64,000 nucleotides of DNA. Source: Macrostomum lignano. Lineage: Eukaryota. Below are positions 10,369 to 30,310 of the stretch, piece by piece; the stretch's first letter is position 1, and every line of letters begins with the position of its first letter. The stretch is from the NCBI GenBank assembly GCA_002269645.1, contig NIVC01001573.1, positions 62,001 to 126,000 on the forward strand, written 5' to 3'. The translations under genes and the position numbers were made by a program. The notes under the pieces are model-generated. The model did no database searches and had not been told where the DNA came from. It was given only the letters and a program-made list of their open reading frames with translations.

Positions 10369-13300
10369 ATGCTTCAGAGTAAGTTGTTTTTCTTGTCTGT
10401 TTAACTTGTAGTTGTCTGTCTTTCTTCTAAGACCTAGGCTACAAAGATTGTAGGCTTATTAGTTATAACAAGGAAGGATTCGAAGGTGCAGGCTTAATGC
10501 TTTTCCAATGAGGTCACGTGACTGAGTTAAAATCCTGAAGACGTTAAATTTCAAGGCATATAACTTGAGAAAAACGGACTTAACAACTTGTCGCAATATC
10601 TTAAGTCAAGGATATACGTTTTAAAAACTAAAAAAACTTTTGACATTAATCAAAATTATTAATGGTATAGTAATTATTTCCACGAAACCGTTTCTTAAAA
10701 GTAAGATGCATGACATTTTACTTATGCAGTGCAAAGCCGCGTCAAATTTTCTTTATTAACTTTTTTGTCTCTTTACATGCTATATATGTATTTCGAGTCC
10801 ACGGCATAAATTAGGTGAAAATTACTCGGGGGCTCACTGCTCGTTATCAGAAGTGTCTCAAGTTTCTCGTCAGGTGTGCTATTGATATCTTATCTCCTTG
10901 GCTAATATGTAACTTTATAATCTTCTCACTGATTGTTTAGAACTCGCCGCTCAGCTGACTCGCAGCCTCAGCCCGGGCGGCCTTTCAACTTGCCGCCATC
11001 TTAGCGGCGGCGTCGGGCTGCCGAAGTCAGGCGGCGGCGACGGCGTTGACGGCGGCGGCATATCGAAAGAGTTCGGCAAAAATGACCACCCAGTCATCAA
11101 AGAAGGCAATGGCGGCAGATCAAACGGCAAGTTGGGGACGTTCTCCGGCCTGACGCCCGACTTTCCCTGCATTGTCGGCAATCCGTCTAGCGGGCCGGAG
11201 CCAACCTACGCCAGCGTGCCGAAGAACAGCTACCACCTGTTTGAGTACCCGGACACCTTCTGCCTGGAGCTCAACTCTGGCCGCCTGCCCGGCTTCAAAT
11301 TGGCCTACGAGACCTGGGGCAGCCTCAACCCAGACGCCAGCAACGCCATCCTGCTGTGCACCGGCCTGTCGGCCTCTTCGCACGCTCGCAGCCACCCGCT
11401 GAACCCGGCCAAAGGCTGGTGGGAGTCCTTCATCGGGCCCGGCTGCGCCCTGGACACCGACAAGTTCTTCATCATCTGCGCCAACCTGCTCGGCAGCTGC
11501 TTCGGCAGCTCTGGTCCGTCAAGCGTCAACCCGGAGACCGGGGATCCCTACGCTACGACGTTTCCAGTTGTGTCAGTCACCGACCTGGTGCGCTCGCAGT
11601 TCCTGCTGCTTGACCAGCTGGGCATTCAACGGCTGCACGCCGCCGTCGGCTCGTCCCTGGGCGGCATGCTGTCTCTGGCCTCGGCCGTGGAATTTCCCGA
11701 CCGGGTGAATCGGTGAGAGTTCGATAAAAGTCCACTGAGATCTTGGTCTGGGGCCATGAAGCCAGCTTTGGTCGAGTCCAGGTGTGGTTAAATTTACAGT
11801 TTAGACGTGCACTTTTGCTGGTCCGGCTAAGCCGCTTGCTTGCAGTTTGCTTGCACGGCAATTGCGACAACAATATCAAAATTGGCACGCCTTGCGATAA
11901 GAGACTCTCGGGGGGCTCTGCGCTTACGTTTACTGACGTTTGAAGGGTCGAATGGGCAGATTTCTGTCTCTGCAGGCTGTAAGAGGGGAGATAAGCCATG
12001 GAAGGCGTTGCACCCCAGGGCTCCTACAATCACCTCAACGGGATTGACTTTATCATACTCGTAAAGTTGAGACTCGGGATCGACGTCGTTACAGGGAACT
12101 TCTGGGTCTCGGCCCCCCTTATCGATAGATTTCTACCGCTTTTGTACATGTGCCTATAATCCCAGGTGTGCTGCGCTACTTACTTAGTAGGTCGCGGCTT
12201 TTAGTTGGATATTTAAGTAGTTAGTTTAGTTGGTTGGTTATTTAGTTAGTTATAGTCGTCAGGGGGGGGGGGGTTTCACAAACTCGAAATTTCATAACGT
12301 CGAAAGCACCTTCTTTCACAAGGTCGAAATTTCACAACATCGAAAACTTTAGCAAGGGACTTCATAAGGTCGAAATTTCACAAGGTCGAAATTTCACAAC
12401 ATCGAAAACTCAAATAGCAGCCACTTTCACAAGGTCGAAGCTTCACAAGGTCGAAATTTCACAACATAGAAATCTATTGTATAGTTCTTGTTATATTAAA
12501 TTTTCGACGTTGTGAAATTTCGACCTTGTGAAAGCACCCCTCAGTCAGTTAGTTAGTTGGTTATCGTAGTTAGGGCGCTCTGATGTGCCAGCGGCCCAGG
12601 CTCGATTTCAAGTGCAGTCACGTTAATTTTGAGCTGAATTGGAATCTCGGCTTGGCTCTGCTCGTGCAGTTTAACGCCTTTGATGGCCAACCACCAAGGC
12701 ACAGTGAAGTGTGCATGCCTAATGATAAATAAATCTGATATACATGACTGCGTACGTATCCTCGCGCTTGTGTGCCTGCTCAGGGGAGTCGGCGGAATTA
12801 GTCAGCCAGTCAGTCAGTCAGTCAGTCAGTCGATCCCCCAGCCAGCGAGCGAGCAATTAGTGATGTCCTTTCCACTGATTAACTGAGCTAAAAGTACAGA
12901 TTCATGACCTTTCTCGTTATCTGACCTGCATGTTAAACATCATCGTTGGGAATCAAACCTCAGGCGGGATCGAACCCCAGACAGTTCAACAGACTCCGGA
13001 AGCATCCAGAAGATCGTCAGTCCACCCCGCTCCTCATCCGCAGCCTCATCTCGATCTCGTCGGCCAGCTACAGCCATCCGACCTCCATCGCGATGCGCTA
13101 CCTGCAGCGCAAGGCCATCATGACCGACCCGCACTGGCGCAGCGGCCGCTACTACGGCTCCGACTACCCCAAGACCGGCATGAAGCTGGCCAGGGAGATC
13201 GCCACCCTCACCTACCGCAGCGGCCCCGAGTGGGAGACCCGGTTTGGCCGGCGCCGGCTGAACCCAGCCGCTCCGCAGGCTGTCAGCCTCTGCCCGACGT

Positions 13301-16243
13301 TCGTCATCGAGCAGTACCTGGACTATCAGGTAAGGCTCTGGTCGGGTTTCGGATCTGGGATATTAGAAAAAATTTTTTAGGATTTTATGAGAGATGCGTG
13401 TGCAATGGGCTGTGTGCACCCTGCCGCACTTTTAAGCGACATTGTCACGCAACCGGCGAGAGGCATTATTTACTACCCATTCCGCCGACTCCCCTGAGCA
13501 GGCACACAAGCGCGCGGATACGTACGCAGTCATACGCACAGGCACACACTCACACAGTAGTGTACAGCGAGCGGGCCAAACTTTATTTATCGTTAGGCAT
13601 GTACACTTCACTGTGCTTTGGGGGTTGGTCCTCAAGGGCGTTAATTGCACAAGCAGATTCAAGCCGAGATTCCAATTTGGCCTCAAATTAAAGTTATAGT
13701 CCATTCTTTGTTGGAATCACTATTATTCGATCTTTAGTGGGGAGTGGAAGGGCTGTCTTGTCAGGATGAGTCAACTCCAAAAACTTGAGTCAATTTCTCC
13801 AATGGAATGTACACTCAGCAATATTTTGAAGTTTCCACACAGAAAACAGTGGTCAACAAGTGGCAGCTCTTTACCATGTTGCTAAGTGTATTTAAGGCTG
13901 TCTCAAATATTTTTTATGCAAGGTCTCAGGGGGTTGCTAAAAGGAAGGGCAACAGTAAGGAAGGGCGACAGTAAGGAAGGGTGACAGTAAGGAAGGGTGA
14001 CAGTAAGGAAGGGCGACAGTAAGGAAGGGCGACAGTAAGGAAGGGTGACAGTAAGGAAGGGCGACAGTAAGGAAGGGCGACAGTAAGGAAGGGCGACAGT
14101 AAGGAAGGGTGACAGTAAGGAAGGGTGACAGTAAGTAAGGGCGACAGTAAGGAAGGGCGACAGTAAGGAAGGGCGACAGTAAGGAAGGGCGACAGTAAGG
14201 AAGGGTGACAGTAAGGAAGGGCGACAGTAAGGAAGGGCGACAGTAAGGAAGGGCGACAGTAAGGAAGGGTGACAGTAAGGAAGGGTGACAGTAAGTAAGG
14301 GCGACAGTAAGGAAGGGCGACAGTAAGGAAGGGCGACAGTAAGGAAGGGCGACAGTAAGGAAGGGCGACAGTAAGGAAGGGCGACAGTAAGGAAGGGTGA
14401 CAGTAAGGAAGGGTGACAGTAAGTAAGGGCGACAGTAAGGAAGGGCGACAGTAAGAAAAGGCGACAGTAAGGAAAGGCGGCAGTCAGTAAGGAAAGGCGA
14501 CAGTCAGGAAAGGCGACAGTAAGAAAAGGCGACAGTCAGAAAGGAAAGGCGACAGTCAGGAAAGGCGACAGTCAGGAAAGGCGACAGTAAGGAAAGACGA
14601 CAGTAAGGAAAGGCGACAGTAAGGAAAGGAGACAGTCAGGAAAGGCGACAGTCAGAAAGGAAAGGCGACAGTCAGGAAAGGCGAAAGTAAGTAAAGGAGA
14701 CAGTCAGGAAAGGCGACAGTCAGGAAAGGCGACAGTCAGAAAGGAAAGGCGACAGTAAGGAAAGGAGAAAGTCAGGAAAGGCGACAGTCAGGAAAGGCGA
14801 CAGTCAGGAAAGGCGACAGTAAGTAAAGGAGACAGTCAGGAAAGGCGACAGTCAGGAAAGGCGACAGTCAGGAAAGGCGACAGTAAGTAAAGGAGAAAGT
14901 CAGGAAAGGCGACAGTCAGAAAGGAAAGGCGACAGTAAGTAAAGGCGACAGTCAGGAAAGGCGACAGTCAGGAAAGGCGACAGTAAGTAAAGGAGAAAGT
15001 CAGGAAAGGCGACAGTCAGAAAGGAAAGGCGACAGTAAGGAAAGGCGACAGTCAGGAAAGGCGACAGTAAGTAAAGGAGACAGTCAGGAAAGGCGGCAGT
15101 CATGAAAGGCGACAGTAAGTAAAGGAGACAGTCAGGAAAGGAGAAAGTCAGGAAAGGCGACAGTCAGAAAGGAAAGGCGACAGTAAGGAAAGGCGACAGT
15201 CAGGAAAGGCGACAGTCAGGAAAGGCGACAGTGAGTAAAGGAGACAGTCAGGAAAGGAGAAAGTCAGGAAAGGCGACAGTCAGAAAGGAAAGGCGACAGT
15301 CAGGAAAGGCGACAGTCAGGAAAGGCGACAGTCAGGAAAGGCGACAGTCAGGAAAGGCGACAGTAAGTAAAGGAGACAGTAAGGAAAGGAGAAAGTCAGG
15401 AAAGGCGACAGTAAGTAAAGGAGACAGTCAGGAAAGGCGACAGTCAGGAAAGGCGACAGTAAGTAAAGGAGACAGTCAGGAAAGGAGAAAGTCAGGAAAG
15501 GCGACAGTCAGAAAGGAAAGGCGTCAGTCAGAAAGGAAAGGCGACAGTAAGGAAAGGCGACAGTAAGGAAAGGCGACAGTAAGGAAAGGAGACAGTCAGG
15601 AAAGGCGACAGTCAGAAAGGAAAGGCGACAGTAAGGAAAGGAGACAGTCAGGAAAGGCGACAGTAAGTAAAGGAGACAGTCAGGAAAGGCGACAGTCAGG
15701 AAAGGCGACAGTCAGGAAAGGCGACAGTCAGAAAGGAAAGGTGACAGTAAGGAAAGGCGACAGTCAGGAAAGGCGACAGTCAGGAAAGGCGACAGTAAGG
15801 AAAGGCGACAGTCAGGAAAGGCGACAGTCAGAAAGGAAAGGCGACAGTCAGGAAAGGCGACAGTCAGGAAAGGCGACAGTCAGGAAAGGAAAGGCTACAG
15901 TAAGGCCAAGGCGAACCTGAAACCCCCCTTCCAGGGCGAGGCCAGCTCCGTGCGTCTGGACCCCAACAGCCTGCTGTACCTGAGCAAGGCCATGGACCTG
16001 TTCGACGCCGAGGACCAGCTGGACAGAGTCATCTGCCCGGCTATGATCCTGGGCGTGCAGTCTGACATCCTGTTCCCCGTGGAGCAGCAGCGCCAGCTCG
16101 CCCAGCGTCTGCGCGACATCGGCCGCTGCCGGCGGGTCACCTACTTCGAGCTGACCTCGCTGTACGGCCACGACACCTTCCTGCTGGACGTGCACAACGT
16201 GGGCACGGCGGTGAAGGGCTTCCTGGAGACTGAGCACGCGTAA
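10369..16243 (+). CDS. cys2: Cys2-type serine O-succinyl/acetyltransferase (MetX / homoserine transacetylase alpha/beta-hydrolase fold), 458 aa, mitochondrial-type N-terminus
   Basis: join(10369..10378,10941..11712,13044..13329,15935..16243), 1377 nt, all GT-AG and frame-consistent. Motifs: NAILLCTGLSASSHA, GWWESFIGPG, nucleophile GSSLGGM, GMKLAREIATLTYRSGPEW, DPNSLLYLSKAMDLFD, catalytic Asp in QSDILFP and His in YGHDTFL. Confidence 0.9.
12262..12540. mobile_element. MITE with G-rich termini and internal TCGAAATTTCACAA subrepeats (PIF/Harbinger-like)
   Basis: Left end GGGG-TTTCACAAACTCGAAATTTCATAACGTCGAAA is approximately the reverse complement of the right end TTTTCGACGTTGTGAAATTTCGACCTTGTGAAAGCACCCC. 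3-bp direct repeat TCA at 12259-12261 and 12541-12543. Confidence 0.65.
12566..12798 (+). mobile_element. tRNA-derived SINE family B, partial copy
   Basis: Shares GGCTCGAT.TCAAGTG, TTGGAATCTCGGCTTGGCTC, CAAGGCACAGTGAAGTGT.CATGCCT and TGACTGCGTACGTATCC with the copy at 25304. Confidence 0.75.
13405..13692 (-). mobile_element. tRNA-derived SINE family B, 5'-truncated copy
   Basis: The reverse complement matches the body of the 25304 copy (AATTGGAATCTCGGCTTG, AAGCACAGTGAAGTGTACATGCCT, TGTGTGCCTGCTCAGG, ACAATGTCGCTTAAA). Confidence 0.75.
13942..15905. repeat. 16-bp minisatellite (AGGAAGGGCGACAGTA grading into GGAAAGGCGACAGTCA) in cys2 intron 3
   Basis: Visible tandem units with two sub-domains that switch at about 14455. 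Confidence 0.95.
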
Positions 16244-16384
16244 CCATGCAGTTCTCTCCGGCTGGAGCTCGCGTTCAGCGAATTCTGACTTGCTGTTTTC
16301 ACCTTGTCAAGTGGTAGCTAAATTGTTCCTGTCTGCTTTTGCTGCTCTGCTGTCTTATCTAAGCTCACTGTTTGACGCCAACAC

Positions 16385-17255
16385 GCACCTGCTTCTCTTC
16401 CGGTCTCTGATAATCTCTTCTCTCTTCTTTGCTCTCCCATCTCCCCTCTCCTATCTCCCATCTCCCATCTCCCCTTTCATCTCTCCCCTCTCCTCTCTTC
16501 CCCCTCCTCTCTCCGCTCTCCCCTCTCACATCTCCCTTCTTCTCTCTCCTCTCTCCCGTCTTCCCTTTCCCCTCTCCTCTCTCCCCTCTCCTCTCTCCCA
16601 TCTCTCTCCCATCTCCTCTCTCCCCTCTCCTCTCGCCCATCTCCTCTCGCCTATCTCTCCTTTCCCCTCTCCTCTCTCCTGTCTCCCCCTCTCCCATCTT
16701 CCCTCTCCTCTCTCCCATCTCTTCTCTCCCCTCTCCTTTCTCCTCTCTCCCCTCTCCTTTCTCCTCTCTCCTGTCTTCCCTCTCCTCTCGCCCATCTCCT
16801 CTCGCCCATCTCATCTCGACCTCTCTCCTCTCCCCTCTCCTCTCTCCTGTCTCCCCCTCTCCCATCTTCCCTCTCCTCTCTCCCATCTCTTCTCTCCCCT
16901 CTCCTTTCTCCTCTCTCCCGTCTTCCCTCTCCTCTCGCCCATCTCCTCTCGCCCATCTCATCTCGACCTCTCTCCTCTCCCTTCTCCTCTCTCCTGTCTC
17001 CCCCTCTCCCGTCTTCCGTCTCCTCTCTCCCATCTCCTCTCTCCCATCTCCTCTCTCCCGTCTCCTCCCGTCTCTCTCCCCTCTCTTCTCTCTTCTCTCT
17101 CCTCTAGCCTCGCCTCTCTTCTCTCTCCCGTCTTTCTTCTCCTCTCTCCCATCTCATCTCTCTCCACTCTCGCTTCTCCTCATTATTCTCTCCTCTCTCT
17201 CCTCTCCTTTCTCCCGTCTTCCCTCTCCTCTGTCCCCTCTGCTCTCCCATCTCTC
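16385..17255. repeat. CT-rich low-complexity tract
   Basis: Almost pure C/T. It generates the spurious S/P/L and G/E/R ORFs. Confidence 0.9.
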
Positions 17256-17914
17256 TTATTTAAATGGAATTTTCGTATTTATTTTCTGTGTATTTAATAA
17301 TGAACGGATATTTTGACATAAAATTTATGAACCAAGAACCTAAGTCTGGCAGAATAAAATTTTGTTATCCCTTATTTACTATCAAGAGTACTTTGTATTT
17401 TCCACGTCAGCTGTACATTCATTGCAAACCATCTTGAAACCGTGATTATTTCTTAAATCTATGCTTCAATTTGTTTATTAAATACTCGTAGATCGTGTCA
17501 AAAAACATGCCAGACTCCTCCTTCATCATACTGTTTTTGAAAAACAACTGCTTCGATATTGTAAGAGATACATGTAGTTTCAGATAATAACTTTTTTGTT
17601 TTGCAAAGCAATTTCATTTCCATTTATTAATTCTTTATTCTAAAGTACATTTGCCTAGCAAACGCCCACAAAGTAACTGAGATGTGGTTTTCTGTCCTGA
17701 GCTGAATTTCAGAGTCAAACCTTGAGTAGTCATAAAGCTTTTAACTTATTTAAGAAGACATCGGACGCCAAAAGTGCTTTTGAATCTGAAAAAATGGTTT
17801 TTACAATTCTTAAACTATGAAGATCGCCTGTTAGGTCCTCTGTATGCTGATGATAAATTGGGAGGCATTTGAGTTGATAAAGACTCCACCGCTTTACTAT
17901 CCTCTCCGGTCTTT

Positions 17915-18770
17915 TCTCACACCCTCCGCTCTCTTCTCACTCCCCTCCGCTCTCTTCTCACTCCCCTCCGCTCTCTTCTCACTCCCCTCCGCTCTCTTCT
18001 CACTCCCCTCCGCTCTCTTCTCACTCCCCTCCGCTCTCTTCTCACTCCCCTCCGCTCTCTTCTCACTCCCCTCCGCTCTCTTCTCACTCCCCTCCGCTCT
18101 CTTCTCACTCCCCTCCGCTCTCTTCTCACTCCCCTCCGCTCTCTTCTCACTCCCCTCCGCTCTCTTCTCACTCCCCTCCGCTCTCTTCTCACTCCCTTCC
18201 GCTCTCTTCTCACTCCTCTCAGCTCTCTTCTCACTCCCCTCCGCTCTCTTCTCACTCCCCTCCGCTCTCTTCTCACTCCCCTCCGCTCTCTTCTCACTCC
18301 CCTCCGCTCTCTTCTCACTCCCCTCCGCTCTCTTCTCACTCCCCTCCGCTCTCTTCTCACTCCCCTCCGCTCTCTTCTCACTCCCTTCCGCTCTCTTCTC
18401 ACTCCTCTCAGCTCTCTTCTCACTCCCCTCCGCTCTCTTCTCACTCCCCTCCGCTCTCTTCTCACTCCCCTCCGCTCTCTTCTCCTCACTCCTCTCAGCT
18501 CTTTTCTCCTCACTCCTCTCAGCTCTCTTCTCACTCCCCTCCGCTCTCTTCTCACTCCCCTCCGCTCTCTTCTCACTCCCCTCCGCTCTCTTCTCACTCC
18601 CCTCCGCTCTCTTCTCCTCACTCCTCTCAGCTCTCTTCTCACTCCCCTCCGCTCTCTTCTCACTCCCCTCCGCTCTCTTCTCACTCCCCTCCACTCTCTT
18701 CTCCTCACTTCTCTCAGCTCTCTTCTCACTCCCCTCCATTCTCTTCTCACTCCCCTCCATTCTCTCCTAT
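17915..18770. repeat. 21-bp minisatellite (CCCTCCGCTCTCTTCTCACTC)
   Basis: Tandem units. Source of the (LPSALFS)n and (EGSEKRA)n ORFs. Confidence 0.95.
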
Positions 18771-18927
18771 CTCGTCTCCGCCAATATTTGCCAAATCTGT
18801 TTTTAAAGTCTCGACTGTACTTTGCGCATTTTGATACGTCTGTCGCCCTCTCAGTATGCTTCAAGCTTGAACCTGACACTCTGTACCAGCTAGAAGTTCT
18901 GCAGCTGCATTGGGCAGTAAAAACCAC

Positions 18928-19265
18928 CAGCAGCTCAGCGCTAAACTCAGTCTCGAGCCGCGACGGCCGTGGTTCGATTCCTCGGGCGGCTACATTCATT
19001 TGGGGTTTGTGTGCACAAAATTTTGGCCAAGAGTGAGTTGCCGGGTGATTAACACATATAAAGCTAACCCTTCAAGGCACAAAGGGTGTACATGCCTCAC
19101 GATTAGAAAGTCAGGGATGCTGTACACCCTGAGTGAGCGCGTGCATGAGTGCTGTGCCTGGTGTACAGCATTGGCGCGCTTGTGTGCTCGGGGGTCAGCG
19201 GAACGGGCAGATTCGCCTCACTGTTTCGTGAAGATGCCCGCAGCCCGCATGCGAATATTTGTTCG
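18928..19265 (+). mobile_element. Diverged tRNA-derived SINE related to family B
   Basis: A-box-like CAGCTCAGCG, B-box GGTTCGATTCC (18971-18981), and body motifs CAAGGCAC..GTGTACATGCCT and GTCAGCGGAA.GGGCAG shared with the 25304 copy. Confidence 0.6.
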
Positions 19266-19608
19266 TATTTTATGCATTATAGGCTGCCACGTAAAACTGG
19301 AAATAATAAATTTCTCAAACTCGTCGATCAAAACAGATCGAGTGCTACATTTTGAATGCCTGTCATTTTAATTTGCAATTGGCGCGCTTATTTGCCAAGC
19401 ATAAATCTCAGATTTGTACTTTGTCGGATTCAATTCATTCTTCAAAATGGTTTAAAAATCGGAAAAATATTCTAGTAAAGAAATCTACCTAGACATCTAT
19501 GTGGGTGCCTGTGAGAGTGTGAGTTTTACAATTGAAACCAAAGAGAAACCAAGGTAATTCTATTTAATCTAACTTAATCTTCAATTGGTCCCTTTTAACC
19601 AAAATAGT

Positions 19609-29535
<9,927 letters not shown>

Positions 29536-29929
29536 TTCGGGAAGCAAGTTTTTCTAAAATCTGCTTCCCACCTTTCAATTGAACGTCTGTTGAAACCTGG
29601 AGCAGTTGTGCCGTGTTGTTTGTGTCTACCTGGACTGGTTACTGACAGACAAGTGCTAAGATTGCAGCTCCCAGGCTACTCAAACCGGGCGCACTTATTA
29701 AATGCAGGTGCATTCATATTGGATTGGAACTCTGAGGCCGGAAGGAGTGAGCGGGTCTTTTCTTAGAAACGGCCATAAATGGAATGCGAAATAAAGCGTG
29801 ACGAGATTTTGTTTGGCGACGTCTGCTGCCAGTCAGGACGTGGTGGCTTAGCGCTTCAGCAGTCAGCGCCGCTGTCTCCGGGGTGGCGGCTGCCAGCCAA
29901 TCCTGGCTGGGGGCGGGGGGGCTCTCGCC

Positions 29930-30310
29930 TCTCTTCTTTTTCTCACCTGACTCTGTCTCCTGCCTTCTTCTCATTCTCTACTCGGCTGCTGATGCCGAAA
30001 TCTCCCCTCATGCCTCTCTCACTTTCCTCTTTTTCTCTCTCCCTCTCTACTCTCCCTCTCTACCCCCTGTCTACTCTCCCCTATATATTCTCCTTCTATT
30101 TCTCTCCCTATCTACTGTCCCTCTCTGCTCTCCATCTCTTCTCTCTTTACCTCTAGCCCTATTTCTCTACCCTCCCTCTCTACTCTCCCTCTCTGCTCTC
30201 TCTATCTCTCTCCCTCTCTAGTCCCCATCTACTCTCCCTCTACCTCTTTCCCTCTACTCCAAGTACCACTCTATAAATTTTAAACTCTTCTCTCAACTCT
30301 CCCTCTATCT
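29930..30310. repeat. CT-rich low-complexity tract
   Basis: Pyrimidine-rich degenerate repeats upstream of the PCSK1-like start codon. Confidence 0.8.

Noticed and set aside
10941-11712. Recent bacterial horizontal transfer or contamination as the source of the MetX-like gene
   Set aside because: The gene has three GT-AG introns containing host SINEs and repeats, a presequence, and closer resemblance to the eukaryotic Cys2 clade.
12955-13035. Minus-strand B-box (GGGTTCGATCCC) as a tRNA; similar fragment at about 40525-40580
   Set aside because: The T-stem and acceptor stem do not pair. At most these are decayed SINE or tRNA remnants.
16290-18999. Long S/P/L, E/R/G and (LPSALFS)n ORFs
   Set aside because: They are stop-free frames of CT-rich and 21-bp repeats and are open on both strands.
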